From NCBI GenBank assembly GCA_965214405.1, contig OZ243956.1:1568001-1632000 (forward strand): a DNA stretch of 64,000 nt, read 5' to 3'. The stretch is from Trueperaceae bacterium. GTDB taxonomy: Bacteria; Deinococcota; Deinococci; Deinococcales; Trueperaceae. Positions 21,355 through 31,312 of this stretch are shown here, one piece after another; positions within the stretch are counted from its first letter, which is position 1, and every line of letters starts with the position of its first letter. Under the pieces are notes generated by a model. That model made no database searches and had not been told where the DNA came from. It was given only the letters and a program-made list of their open reading frames with translations. The translations under genes were made by a program, and so were the position numbers.

Positions 21355-21749
21355 GCTTTTGCTTACCTGGACATTTGTTTGAAGGAATGCTTGAGCACGC
21401 GCGCCGTGAGTTCCCGCTCGAGTGCGTCGGTCTCCTTTTTGGTCTGGATAACGGTGTTCAACGGCGCGTTCCCTTCACGAACGTCTCTACACGTCCCGGA
21501 ACACATTATTTTGCCTCCCCAGAAGAGATTTTGGCCGCGCTTCAAGAGGCAGACGAACGCGGTGAAATGCTGCTCGCGCTCTACCATTCGCACCCACACG
21601 GCCCGCCTACGCCCTCAGCAACCGACTTAAAAGACGCGCGTTATGAGGTGGTTCACCTTATTGTGGTGCCCTCGAGCGGTTCGATACGCGCGTTTGAGTT
21701 CTCGAGCGGGGGGTTTAGCGAACTCGAGCTAATTGTCTCGAGGGATTAG
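21351..21749 (+). CDS. JAB/Mov34 (MPN+) metalloprotease
   Basis: P.ECVGLL and YHSHP.GP..PS.TD JAMM motif. Confidence 0.88.
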   Translation: MSFCLPGHLFEGMLEHARREFPLECVGLLFGLDNGVQRRVPFTNVSTRPGTHYFASPEEILAALQEADERGEMLLALYHSHPHGPPTPSATDLKDARYEVVHLIVVPSSGSIRAFEFSSGGFSELELIVSRD

Positions 21750-23257
21750 GGACGCTCTATAGAGAAGTCTTGACTGAAACCGGTAGCTCGAGCACTCACA
21801 TCTTGAATTGCACCGTAGTATGAGGCGCTTTCGTGAGAAAGCGTGGTGTACAGCGTCCAGTGGAGGGTGCCGTCGGCGTCGAAGGCGTTAGCCTGAAATC
21901 CTGGGGGCGTTGGCGCGGCGTGAGCAGGTTTGATGTAGCGGTGTTCGTTACCGCCGTCGGCTATGCCGGTGAGCCTGTAGACGTCTCCAGCTTCTGTGAT
22001 CAGCGTTCCCTCCACGTTGTAACTGTATTCGTTTGCGTAGGAGGCCTCGAGCGCCAAGCTCACCTTGAAGGGCTCGAGTTCGGGTAGGGTAGCAAGACGC
22101 CGCAAATCCGCAACCTTCCACACGTCAACCGTTCCGCTTGCGTTGCTTACAGCCACACGTAATCCGTCCGCGCTAAAGGCAGGAACGCTGTTACCGTCAC
22201 TACTCCCTTGACACTCGAAAGTGCCCACTAAACCGCCGTCAAGGTTCCACAAATCGAGCGTTACAGGGTTGGTTACAGGGTCGGTTGTTGCGTCTACCCT
22301 TTCGCGTTCTGTGACCAACTGCGTACCGTCTGGACTAAAGGCAAAACTTCTTGCCACCTGAATCTCTTCGGAAATAGGCAGGAGTTTGCCCGACGCTATA
22401 TCGACAAGAGAGAAGGTGGTTCTACATTCGCTAAAGGCGAGGGTTTTGCCATCGGGGCTAAAGGCCACTACATCAATGCTCGAGCAGGCGTCAGACTGCG
22501 GCCTAAACGTCTTTTCAAGCGCGCCCGTTTCTACGTTCCATAACCTCAAAGTGCTGACGTGGTGTTCTCGACCCAGAACGGTGTCCGCCACCGCCAGCGT
22601 GCCGCCATCGGGGCTAAAGGCTACAGCGTTGACTTGAGCGCTGAGCGCGTCGGCAACACCGTCCATCGTCACCTCAAAGGCGTTCAAAACCGTTTCTGTA
22701 GCCAAGTCCCAAACCTTGACCGTCATCTCCTGATAGGTACGCTCTACGGTGGCTCCCACTGCCAGGTCCTTAGAGAATGAGCGCACTTCCCCTACCGCCG
22801 TCAGCCTACGCAGGCGCTGCGTGCTCGAGGCGTCCCAAAAAGAAACGTTGGTGCCGGAGGTCGCTAACGTGTTGTCAGCGCCAAAAGCGAGAGAGTAGAC
22901 GTATTCTTTCCCAAGGGGCAGCGTTCCGGCGGGCTCGAGCGTGTCGGCGTTGTAAAGAAACACGTTGCCGGGAGCGGCCAGAGCCAAAAATTGTCCGTCC
23001 GGGCTGAAAGCGAAAGAAGACACGCTGCCAGTTACGACCTCCCCAACCGTTCCCGTCCACGCGCCGCGCAAAATGCTCGGGTCACCCTCAAAGTCAATCT
23101 CTTCGGGTGCCGGTAAGCCGGGACAAGCTGTGAGCAGCGCCGACAGAGCCACAAAGAGTGCGGCGGCGAGTGAGCGAAAGGAGTAAAGCCGACCGGATTT
23201 GCAAACGGGGTTCGAGCGCATTCTCCATGCTAAACCGTAAAGCGCTCGTAAAGACAT
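21746..23257 (-). CDS. WD40-repeat beta-propeller lipoprotein (start uncertain)
   Basis: Lipobox LLTAC; repeated AFSPDG..LA and LWN/VWD motifs. Confidence 0.8.
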   Translation of the reverse strand: MSLRALYGLAWRMRSNPVCKSGRLYSFRSLAAALFVALSALLTACPGLPAPEEIDFEGDPSILRGAWTGTVGEVVTGSVSSFAFSPDGQFLALAAPGNVFLYNADTLEPAGTLPLGKEYVYSLAFGADNTLATSGTNVSFWDASSTQRLRRLTAVGEVRSFSKDLAVGATVERTYQEMTVKVWDLATETVLNAFEVTMDGVADALSAQVNAVAFSPDGGTLAVADTVLGREHHVSTLRLWNVETGALEKTFRPQSDACSSIDVVAFSPDGKTLAFSECRTTFSLVDIASGKLLPISEEIQVARSFAFSPDGTQLVTERERVDATTDPVTNPVTLDLWNLDGGLVGTFECQGSSDGNSVPAFSADGLRVAVSNASGTVDVWKVADLRRLATLPELEPFKVSLALEASYANEYSYNVEGTLITEAGDVYRLTGIADGGNEHRYIKPAHAAPTPPGFQANAFDADGTLHWTLYTTLSHESASYYGAIQDVSARATGFSQDFSIERP

Positions 23258-23346
23258 TGAAACTTTTCACACTTTTTTAATTGAACGACGCGCCCTTGTG
23301 TCTCAAATTCCTTCGGGCTACACCGGAAACCTACAGGAGGTTCTTT

Positions 23347-23973
23347 ATGAAAGTTCTGGTTATCGGGGCAACGGGTAGAACAGGAAAAGACATTGTCCGC
23401 TTTCTGGTGGGCGAGCACGAGGTGCGGGCGACGGTGCGTAAGCAAGAGGACGCGCCCGCTCTCGAGGCGCTAGGCGCGGAAACCATTCTGGCGGACCTCA
23501 CGAAAAAGGACACGCTTCTTCCCGCCTTACAAAGCTGCGACGCCGTCTTCTGCGCGGCGGGCGCGGGCATGGAGGGCGACCCGGAGGAGGTGGACAACGC
23601 GGGTACGGCTGACTTAGTCCACGCGGCTGAAGAAACAGGCGTCACGCGCTTTATTCTGATTTCTTCGATGGGTACGACTCATCCCGAAAAGATGCCGCCG
23701 ATGTTGAAGCCATACCTCAAGGCCAAACGCAAGGCGGAGGAGGTGTTAGAAGGGAGCAGCCTCGAGTACACCATCATCCGGCCCGGCGGCCTGGTCGACG
23801 ACGCAGGCACGGGCAAGGTGAGAGCGGGAACCTTTGGGGAGAGCGGGCGCGTCTCGAGGGAGGACGTGGCGCGGGTGGCGGTGGCGGCGTTGGAACTGCC
23901 CAGCACCTACGGCCAAGCCTTTGACCTTCTTTCCGGTGACACAAACGTTGAAGAGGCTTTACAAAAGCTCTAG
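23347..23973 (+). CDS. Atypical SDR / NAD(P)H-binding oxidoreductase
   Basis: VLVIGATGRTG, Y..AK..AE, YTIIRPGGL, SREDVA; AGGAGG RBS before 23347. Confidence 0.88.
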   Translation: MKVLVIGATGRTGKDIVRFLVGEHEVRATVRKQEDAPALEALGAETILADLTKKDTLLPALQSCDAVFCAAGAGMEGDPEEVDNAGTADLVHAAEETGVTRFILISSMGTTHPEKMPPMLKPYLKAKRKAEEVLEGSSLEYTIIRPGGLVDDAGTGKVRAGTFGESGRVSREDVARVAVAALELPSTYGQAFDLLSGDTNVEEALQKL

Positions 23974-24045
23974 GCACGCTTCCGAGATTTTCTTGCGAAC
24001 ACGTCCCAAACATGAAGAGAAACATCGGCGGCGTACACTAAACGC

Positions 24046-24861
24046 ATGTTCAGCAAAGACCAACTCGACCGTTACGCGCGCCACATCATCCTGCCGGGGG
24101 TCGGGGCGGCGGGGCAGCGGAAGCTTCTTAACGCGCGCGTTCTGGTGATCGGCGCGGGCGGCCTGGGTTCGCCCGTGCTCCTCTATCTCGCCGCCGCCGG
24201 GGTCGGGACGCTCGGGGTGGCGGATTTTGACAGCGTGGATGTGAGCAATCTGCAGCGGCAGGTGCTGTATGGCGTCTCCGACTTAGGCATCCTCAAAACA
24301 GACGCGGCGGCGGCGCGGTTGGGCGACCTCAACCCGGAGGTGAGGGTGAGGCAGCACGGCAGGCTGACATCTAAGAACGCGCTCGAGACCATAACCAACT
24401 ACGACCTCGTCATCGACGGCAGCGACAGCCTCCCCACCCGCTACTTGGTCAACGACGCTTGCGTGATGGCGGACAAACCGCTGCTCTACGGCGCGATGGC
24501 GCAGTTTGAAGGCCAGGTGAGCCTTTTTCATGCGCCCCTCAAAGGTGAACACGGCCCTTGCTACCGCTGCCTCTTTCCCAAGCCGCCTCTACCCGGCAGC
24601 GTCCCCACCTGCGCCGAGGCAGGCGTGTTCGGCGCGTTGCCGGGGGTCATCGGCAGTCTCATGGCGGTCGAGGCGGTTAAATATCTCGTGGGTTTGGGCG
24701 AAAGTCTTAGCGGACGCCTGCTGCACTACGACGCGCTCTGGAGCGAGTTCCGGGAGGTCAAGCTCGAGCGCAACCCCGACTGCGCCGTCTGCGGCGGCGC
24801 GCCCAGCATCCACACGCTTACGGATTACGAGAGTTTTTGTGGGCTCGAGCCCACAACCTAA
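24046..24861 (+). CDS. moeB: MoeB/ThiF-family adenylyltransferase (E1-like)
   Basis: RYARHI.L, GAGGLG, SNLQRQ, PCYRCLFP, C.EAGV.G, CAVCG. Confidence 0.88.
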   Translation: MFSKDQLDRYARHIILPGVGAAGQRKLLNARVLVIGAGGLGSPVLLYLAAAGVGTLGVADFDSVDVSNLQRQVLYGVSDLGILKTDAAAARLGDLNPEVRVRQHGRLTSKNALETITNYDLVIDGSDSLPTRYLVNDACVMADKPLLYGAMAQFEGQVSLFHAPLKGEHGPCYRCLFPKPPLPGSVPTCAEAGVFGALPGVIGSLMAVEAVKYLVGLGESLSGRLLHYDALWSEFREVKLERNPDCAVCGGAPSIHTLTDYESFCGLEPTT

Positions 24862-24897
24862 AATTTACCGTCTAAAATTCACAGCCTAAAGCTCGAG

Positions 24898-25527
24898 CTA
24901 ACCCCGCTGCGCCTTGGTGACCGCCTTGGTGACGGCCCTGGCAACCGCCGCCACATAGACGAAACTCGAGCCCGCATCCAAAAGCGCAAGACTGCATTCG
25001 GTGGTGGTCGCGCCGCTCGTCACCACGTCGTCCACGAGCAACACGCGCGCGCCTCTACACGGTGAGGCTGAAAACGCATCGGAGACGTTCTCGCCCCGCT
25101 CGCCCGCTGAAAGGCGCGCCTGCTGCCCCGTTACGCGCGTCCGCTTCAAGAGCGGCTTATAGGGTCGTCCCAAACACCGCGCGGTTTCCCTGGCGACGAG
25201 TTCGGCCTGGTTGTAACCGCGCTCGAGCCTGCGCGAGGCGTGAAGCGGCACCGCGCAGACCACGTGAACTCGCCAACCCTCGAGCGTCACCGCCTCCGCT
25301 AATCGCGTCCCAAAAAGTTTGGCAAGGCGGGTGGTGTGGTGAAACTTGAGGGCGCGCACGGCCCGCTCGAGCCCGCCCCCATACGCGCCGAGTGCGAGGG
25401 TGGTGCCGCTGACCGTCGGCTCGAAAAGCTCCTGGCTACAAACTGCGCAGCACCCCAGCGCCGACGAGGGCCGCGTGCGGCAGACCGGGCAGCGGGAGAG
25501 GCCGTAGAAGAACTCGTGGAGATGCAC
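24898..25527 (-). CDS. comF: ComF-family phosphoribosyltransferase-like protein
   Basis: CxxC..CxxC, VPLH..R..ERGYNQA, LVDDVVTSGAT. Confidence 0.85.
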   Translation of the reverse strand: MHLHEFFYGLSRCPVCRTRPSSALGCCAVCSQELFEPTVSGTTLALGAYGGGLERAVRALKFHHTTRLAKLFGTRLAEAVTLEGWRVHVVCAVPLHASRRLERGYNQAELVARETARCLGRPYKPLLKRTRVTGQQARLSAGERGENVSDAFSASPCRGARVLLVDDVVTSGATTTECSLALLDAGSSFVYVAAVARAVTKAVTKAQRG

Positions 25528-25568
25528 GCGCCATTTTATGACGGCGCTTTTCGCTACCGACGTGAAAA

Positions 25569-26573
25569 TTACAGCTTGCGGTTAGCTAGGGACTCGAGCA
25601 ACCCCGTTAACTCGTCCACCTCGCGCTTGCCTGGTAGGTCCTGCAACACCTCGTGCAACAGGGTCTGACCCTCGGCGGCGCTACGCTCCGCCACCTCCTG
25701 CGCGTAGAAAAGCGAGCCGTGGCGGGTAATGGCGGCGAGGATTTTTTGAACGTCCACCTCGGTTTTCTCGCCTCTGGGTTTGACAAGAAGCGTCTCCAGC
25801 TCCTCTTTATCCTCCGCGTGCGCGAACAGGTGCGCCAAAACGAGCGTCCGTTTGGCCTCGTAAAGGTCGCCCGCGAACTCTTTGCCGTAAGAAACCTCGG
25901 GAGAGAGGTTCAAGACGTCGTCCCGAATCTGAAACGCGATGCCAAGCTTTTTCCCCGCCTCGGTCAGCCGCGCGTCGGGCGTGGTCTCGGCGCAGAGCGC
26001 GCCAAAACGCAAGGGGCAGACGACCGTGTAATAGGCGGTTTTGAGGGTGACCATCTCGAGATACTCCGCCTCGGACACGTTAAAGCGCCCCACACTAATC
26101 CAGGAAAGGTCTAAATGCTGGCCCTCGGCAGTGCGCTGAATCATCCAAGCAAACTCTCTAAGAATCTCCTTCCACACGTTTGCAGGCCGCTCCATCTCGT
26201 GCAGCTTTTGCCACATGTACACGTGCAGCGCGTCACCGACGTTGAGCGCCACGGGCATCCCCACTTGCTTGTGGAGCGCGGGCGCGCCCCGCCGCTCTTC
26301 CGAATTGTCCTCGATGTCGTCGTGGATTAGGACCCAGTTTTGGAAGAGTTCCAAGGCCGCCGCCACCTCGAGCCCCCGCCGCCAGTCCGCCCCGTGTGCC
26401 CCCGTGGACAGGAGGACGAGGAGGCCGCGCAGCCCCTTACCGCCGCGCTCGGGGTAGTCGCGGATGAGACGGTAAAAAGTGTTAAGCACAGGCTTTTCGT
26501 GCGTCTGCGGGAGCCCCGCACGGATGGCGTCGTCAAGCGCCGCGCGCATGGTGGTAAGAGATGTCTGAGTCAC
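25569..26573 (-). CDS. Polyprenyl synthetase (GGPP synthase type)
   Basis: GGKGLR, LIHDDIED...RRG, GQHLD, KT, AFQIRDD. Confidence 0.92.
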   Translation of the reverse strand: MTQTSLTTMRAALDDAIRAGLPQTHEKPVLNTFYRLIRDYPERGGKGLRGLLVLLSTGAHGADWRRGLEVAAALELFQNWVLIHDDIEDNSEERRGAPALHKQVGMPVALNVGDALHVYMWQKLHEMERPANVWKEILREFAWMIQRTAEGQHLDLSWISVGRFNVSEAEYLEMVTLKTAYYTVVCPLRFGALCAETTPDARLTEAGKKLGIAFQIRDDVLNLSPEVSYGKEFAGDLYEAKRTLVLAHLFAHAEDKEELETLLVKPRGEKTEVDVQKILAAITRHGSLFYAQEVAERSAAEGQTLLHEVLQDLPGKREVDELTGLLESLANRKL

Positions 26574-26579
26574 CGGACG

Positions 26580-27338
26580 CTACTGACCGTTGAGCCCCGG
26601 CACGAATTCAGATAAGTCGGCGAAGTAGCGGGTGTGGGTCATGTCTAAGTACAGGGGCGTCACGGCGGCGTAACCCTGCACCACCGCGGTGTAATCGGTG
26701 TCGGGCTCCTCGTCGGCGGTGGGCGTGCCCGCCACCCAGTAGTAGGGCACGCCGCCGGGGTCCTCGCGCGTGACGATGGCGTCCTGGTAGACGTGCGTGG
26801 ATTGTTTGGCTAAGCGCACGCCCTTGGGTTCGCCCACCGGAAAGTTGACGTTGAGGAGCGTGCGCGCTGGGAGCCCATGCTTGGCGACCTCGGGCACAAG
26901 GCGCGCCGCGTAGGCCGCGGCGTGGGAAAAGTCGAGGTCGCCCTCGCCCGTGCGGAGCGAAAAGGCAATCGACGGCACGCCCAGCGTGGTGCCCTCCATC
27001 GCCGCCGCGACCGTGCCCGAGTGGGTCACGTCGAAGCCTAAGTTTGAGCCCACGTTGATGCCCGAGACGATCACGTCGGGCTTGCCGCTGTTGTGGACGC
27101 CCAAGACCACGCAGTCGGCGGGGGTGCCGTCCACGCGGTAGGCCTCGAGCCCGTCCAACCCCCGGACGTTCGTGCGCTTGTAGCGCAGCGGACGGCGAAC
27201 CGTAATCGCGTGGCCCGAGGCCGACTGTTCAACGTCGGGCGCGACGACAGTCACGTCGGCCACCTCGCGCAGCGCCGCGGCTAACGCCTGGATGCCGGGG
27301 GAAAAGATGCCGTCGTCGTTGGAAACGAGAATTTTCAC
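26580..27338 (-). CDS. surE: 5'/3'-nucleotidase SurE
   Basis: ILVSNDDG, GTPADCV, SGIN.G.N.G, SGTVAAAMEG; GTG start after TATACT. Confidence 0.95.
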   Translation of the reverse strand: MKILVSNDDGIFSPGIQALAAALREVADVTVVAPDVEQSASGHAITVRRPLRYKRTNVRGLDGLEAYRVDGTPADCVVLGVHNSGKPDVIVSGINVGSNLGFDVTHSGTVAAAMEGTTLGVPSIAFSLRTGEGDLDFSHAAAYAARLVPEVAKHGLPARTLLNVNFPVGEPKGVRLAKQSTHVYQDAIVTREDPGGVPYYWVAGTPTADEEPDTDYTAVVQGYAAVTPLYLDMTHTRYFADLSEFVPGLNGQ

Positions 27339-27372
27339 GTTCTGGAGTATACCGTGCGGCTTTGTAAAAACC

Positions 27373-28083
27373 TTACCCCTCGAGCCCCTCACCAAGCACC
27401 ACCGTCAGACCCGCCCACCGCTCCCGCAGGGTTCCCGCCAAGGCCCGCAGCCCCCACAGCTCACTCCGCCTGTGGCCCACCTCGAGCACGCTCAGCCCCG
27501 TCTCCTCTACCGCCTTCTCTGCGCTTTTGCGGTACTGGCCCGTGATGTAAACCCCCGCGCCGCGTTCCGAAGCCTCACGGATGAGGCCGGGGTTCATCGC
27601 GCCGACGACCGCCACGCGCGTCACATCGGTCGAGAGGCCAAGATGAGCACTCTCGAGCCCTCCAAAGATTTCCTCTACCTCTTCACGGATGTTTTCAGCA
27701 CTCTTCCTACTCACGTCGCCAATCATGCCAATACGCCGCGCTTCTTTAACGCCCAAAACTTCAAGTTCACGCATCCCCAACACCTCACCCAAGCGCGGGT
27801 TGAAGCTCAGCGTCAGGTGGTCGTCAAAGGGCAGGTGATAAGCGAGCACGCCCACACCGTCGGGTAACGTTTTAGGCTCGAGCCGCCAAGGCCGGTGCAA
27901 AAAGAGCGCGTTCAGACGTTCGTGTTCCGCCCAGACCTGGAGATTTTTGGGGGGCTCGAGCGCCATCCCTAGCCGCCTAATCTCTCGCTCTGAAGGGAGA
28001 TAAACCCCGGCTTGTTCATCCTCGTAAACGTTTACAGTGAGGGCGTGGTCAAGAAAAGCGGTGAGGTCGCGCAGGGTAGGCAT
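27373..28083 (-). CDS. Nif3-like dinuclear metal-centre protein
   Basis: LFLHRP, YHLPFD, YITG, GH..SE motifs. Confidence 0.8.
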   Translation of the reverse strand: MPTLRDLTAFLDHALTVNVYEDEQAGVYLPSEREIRRLGMALEPPKNLQVWAEHERLNALFLHRPWRLEPKTLPDGVGVLAYHLPFDDHLTLSFNPRLGEVLGMRELEVLGVKEARRIGMIGDVSRKSAENIREEVEEIFGGLESAHLGLSTDVTRVAVVGAMNPGLIREASERGAGVYITGQYRKSAEKAVEETGLSVLEVGHRRSELWGLRALAGTLRERWAGLTVVLGEGLEG

Positions 28084-28140
28084 AAAAGAACCTACTCCCT
28101 AGACGCGCAGGGGTCCGTAAGAACGGCGGTGTTTAGAGGC

Positions 28141-28836
28141 TTAAAGTCCTCCCTCGGCCATCTCGGTAAGCGCGGGCGCGTTGAGTTTGTAGGAGCCGCG
28201 GGTGCCCTCGAGCAGCCCCTCGTCGCGGAGTTCGGCCATCGCCATCGAGACTGAAACGCGGGTGGCGGTAATCATCGAGGCCAGCTCTTCGTGCTTGAGT
28301 TCGGTTTGTAAGGAGACCCAGGCGTCATCCCCAGGTTGGCCGAAGCGACGGGAAAGCTCGAGCAGCGCCTTGACCAGCCGCACCTTGACGGGCGCGTAGG
28401 AGGTCGAGAGCTGTTCGCGGCAGTGAAAAAGGTGGCCCGCCAAGATTTCAGCGAAGGTGAGCGCGAAGGTCGGCGCCTGCGTCGCCATCTGCACGAACTG
28501 CCCGCGGCTTACGGGGCAGGTGATGACCTTGGTGAGCGCCACCGCGTCAACCCGGTAGCGCGAGGCTTCTTCTAAAAAGGCCTCACCGATAAAGTCGCTC
28601 GGGCCGCACACGGCCAAAATGCGCTCGCTGCCGGAGGGGGTGGGCGTGACGAGCTTGATTTGGCCCTGCACGATGACGTGCAAGTCGGTCGCGGGGTCGC
28701 CCGCGTGAAACACCGCGCTCCCCTTGGGGTAACGGCGGTCGGGGCAGACGCGGCGAAACACCGCCATGTCCTCTTCGCTCACGCGTCCTGCGAAGTCGGT
28801 GTTTTTGACAAACCAGGGTTTAGCGATGTCGTTCAT
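28141..28836 (-). CDS. Crp/Fnr-family transcriptional regulator
   Basis: cNMP-binding domain (GD....LHVIVQG, FIGE); HTH HEELASMITATRVSVS. Confidence 0.92.
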   Translation of the reverse strand: MNDIAKPWFVKNTDFAGRVSEEDMAVFRRVCPDRRYPKGSAVFHAGDPATDLHVIVQGQIKLVTPTPSGSERILAVCGPSDFIGEAFLEEASRYRVDAVALTKVITCPVSRGQFVQMATQAPTFALTFAEILAGHLFHCREQLSTSYAPVKVRLVKALLELSRRFGQPGDDAWVSLQTELKHEELASMITATRVSVSMAMAELRDEGLLEGTRGSYKLNAPALTEMAEGGL

Positions 28837-28996
28837 GAGCCTCCGTCACCTTGCCCCCCGCATTTACGTGGCGTTTCCTCAGGCGTTTAGAAAAGTTTAC
28901 CCTTACCAAAACCTGAGCGGGGCGGGGAGGATTACGCTTTAGCGTAAGCGCGCCCGTCCCTTCTGAAGCGTCAAAGGCTTGACGGACGCTATGTTC

Positions 28997-29034
28997 GCTG
29001 ACGGGCTACCTTGGAGCTGACGGGCTACCTTGGA
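28997..29034. repeat. Perfect 19-bp tandem duplication
   Basis: GCTGACGGGCTACCTTGGA x2 in a divergent promoter region. Confidence 0.9.
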
Positions 29035-29125
29035 ATGGTGGAGGAACGATGGGCCAAATCGCTGTGTTCACCGCCTCTTTTCGGTTACGTTTAAGGGTGA
29101 CCCGTTGTCGCCCACGGACGAACCG

Positions 29126-29752
29126 ATGATTGATACCTTTTTGCGCGTTCCCAAAGAGCACCTGCTCGAGCCGCTCGCAACTCGTCTTGCGGGCGTGTCT
29201 CCCACCTGCGTGACCCTCGTGTCGCTGGGCGTCGGGCTGGGCGCGGCGGGGCTGGCGGGCGGGGGGTTTTACGGCTGGGGCCTCGGGTTGTGGCTTCTCA
29301 ACAGGCTGCTCGACGGGCTCGACGGCGAGGTGGCGCGGCGCGGCGGGCGGCAGAGCGACCTGGGGGGCTATCTGGACATCCTCTGCGACTTCCTCGTCTA
29401 CGCGCTCGTGCCCGTGGCGCTCGTTTTTTCCAACCCGTCGGAGCGCGCGTACCTGGCGCTGGCGCTCTTGCTGACGAGTTTTTACGTGAACGCGGGCTCG
29501 TGGACGCTTTTGTCGGCGCTGCTCGAGAAACGCCGCCACGGTGCGCTGGCAAAAGGCGAGCGCACGAGCGTGACGATGCCCGGCGGCCTCATCGAAGGGG
29601 CTGAGACGGTCGTGTTTTACAGCTTATTTTTTCTTTTCCCCCACGCCTTTACGCCCCTGGCGCTCTTTATGGCGGGGCTCGTCGCGCTGACCGCCGGGCA
29701 GCGGGTCGTGTGGGCGCGGCGGGTGCTCGAGCCTTCCAAACAATCCCGATAA
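29126..29752 (+). CDS. CDP-alcohol phosphatidyltransferase family (YnjF-like)
   Basis: DGLDGEVAR...SDLGGYLDILCD; GLIEGAET. Confidence 0.88.
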   Translation: MIDTFLRVPKEHLLEPLATRLAGVSPTCVTLVSLGVGLGAAGLAGGGFYGWGLGLWLLNRLLDGLDGEVARRGGRQSDLGGYLDILCDFLVYALVPVALVFSNPSERAYLALALLLTSFYVNAGSWTLLSALLEKRRHGALAKGERTSVTMPGGLIEGAETVVFYSLFFLFPHAFTPLALFMAGLVALTAGQRVVWARRVLEPSKQSR

Positions 29753-29761
29753 GGAGTCGTT

Positions 29762-31189
29762 TTGAGTCAAACACACCCCCCTCACACCCCTTTTCACACC
29801 ACCGTCATCGGCGCGGGCTCGGGCGGGCTCACCGTGGCGATAGGCTTGGCGCGTTTCGGCAAGCGGGTCGCGCTCGTCGAGCGCAAACACGTGGGCGGCG
29901 ACTGCACCAACGTCGGCTGCGTGCCCTCGAAAACGCTCATCCATTTCGCTAAAGGGGGCGGTTTAGACGCGGGCGAGGTTCTGACGCGGGTGCAGGAAAA
30001 ACGGAACGCGCTGCGCGAGGAGGAGACCGAGTGGGTCAAAGATATCGACAACCTCACTTTTTTTGAGGGTACGGCGCGATTAACAGGGGCGGGGCGGCTC
30101 GAGCTCTCCCTCGAAAACGGAGACGCACAGGAAATCTCGGCTCGAAACATCGTGGTTGCCACGGGCTCGAGCCCCATCCGCATCGACATTCCAGATTTGA
30201 GTAAAGCGCGCACGCTGACCAACGAGAGTCTGTTCGAGCTTGACAACCCGCCCGAACACATCGCAATGGTCGGCGGGGGCATCATCTCGTCGGAGATGGC
30301 TTTCGCGTTTCGCAACTTAGGGAGCCGCGTGACGGTGATTGACCGGGGGGAGCGGGTGCTGTCTAAGCTCGAGCCGGACGTGTCAGAGCTCATCCAAGAG
30401 GCGATGGCGGCGCGGGGTATCGAGGTTTGTTTGGAGTCCGAGGCCGCCCGCTACGACGAGGCGACGCGGACGCTCTTCATCAAACGCCGAGGCGGTGAGG
30501 AGGCGGTGCCGGAGGTGGACCGGGTGCTCCTGGCGCTGGGCCGGAAACCTAACGTTCAAGGGTTGGGGCTCGAGGCGCTGGGCGTCACCGTAAGCGAAAA
30601 GGGTCTGCCCGTCAACCGCTACGGCGAGACGAACGTGAGGGGGATTTACGCAGTGGGCGACGCGACCACCACCTCCGCCTTTACCCACTCCGCCAACGCG
30701 CAGGGGCGGCGGGTGGTGCAGCACCTGGCGTTCCCGTGGCTGCCCGTCCTGCGCGGCGAGCCCGAATACCCGGCCGCCGTTTTTACCGATCCCGAGGTGG
30801 CGACGGTGGGGCCGAGTCTAAAGGAGCTTCAGAAACGGATGCACCCCAAGCTCATCAAAACGGTGCGGGTGGACCTCAAAGACACCGACCGCGCCTACAC
30901 AACGGGCCTAAAACGCGGCTTCGTCCTCCTCCACGCGCGGCGCTTGACGGGAAGCTTACTGGGCGCGACCATCACTGCGCCCGACGCCGCGGAGATGATT
31001 CCGCTGCTCACGCTCTCCGTTAACAAAGGCATGTCGGTGTACACGCTCACCAATCTCGTGTTTCCTTATCCGACGCTTTCAGAAGCCGTCAAAAAGGCGG
31101 CGGACGAGTTTTTGTTTGACACCCTGCCCAAACTCCCGCGCGAGGCGTGGGCGTACGCGCGTTACCGCTTCGCCTCCGGTAACGGTTAG
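29762..31189 (+). CDS. FAD-dependent pyridine nucleotide-disulfide oxidoreductase (MerA/LpdA-like)
   Basis: GAGSGG, GGDCTNVGCVPSK redox disulfide, ATGS, YAVGD, PYPTLSE; no C-terminal CC pair, so not MerA proper. Confidence 0.85.
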   Translation: MSQTHPPHTPFHTTVIGAGSGGLTVAIGLARFGKRVALVERKHVGGDCTNVGCVPSKTLIHFAKGGGLDAGEVLTRVQEKRNALREEETEWVKDIDNLTFFEGTARLTGAGRLELSLENGDAQEISARNIVVATGSSPIRIDIPDLSKARTLTNESLFELDNPPEHIAMVGGGIISSEMAFAFRNLGSRVTVIDRGERVLSKLEPDVSELIQEAMAARGIEVCLESEAARYDEATRTLFIKRRGGEEAVPEVDRVLLALGRKPNVQGLGLEALGVTVSEKGLPVNRYGETNVRGIYAVGDATTTSAFTHSANAQGRRVVQHLAFPWLPVLRGEPEYPAAVFTDPEVATVGPSLKELQKRMHPKLIKTVRVDLKDTDRAYTTGLKRGFVLLHARRLTGSLLGATITAPDAAEMIPLLTLSVNKGMSVYTLTNLVFPYPTLSEAVKKAADEFLFDTLPKLPREAWAYARYRFASGNG

Positions 31190-31312
31190 AGGGGAAAGGA
31201 CTGAGGTAAAAGAGGAAAGAGAAGGCGGCGGAAAACCAAGCGTCACTTTGGAACGTTGTAAACTGGACGTCTTGACACACGTTGAGATAAAACTTTAGGA
31301 AAGAGGTGAGAT

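Noticed and set aside
21351..24861. JAB protease plus E1-like MoeB as a CBASS/Bil-type ubiquitin-like defence module
   Set aside because: No E2, CD-NTase or Ubl gene nearby. Both genes have host composition and are separated by unrelated genes, which fits housekeeping sulfur-carrier metabolism.
28997..29034. CRISPR array (also 53289-53352)
   Set aside because: The repeats are directly adjacent with no spacers, have only 2-3 units, and no cas genes are present.
29762..31189. Mercuric reductase merA
   Set aside because: It lacks the C-terminal Cys-Cys pair and NmerA domain, and there is no mer operon.
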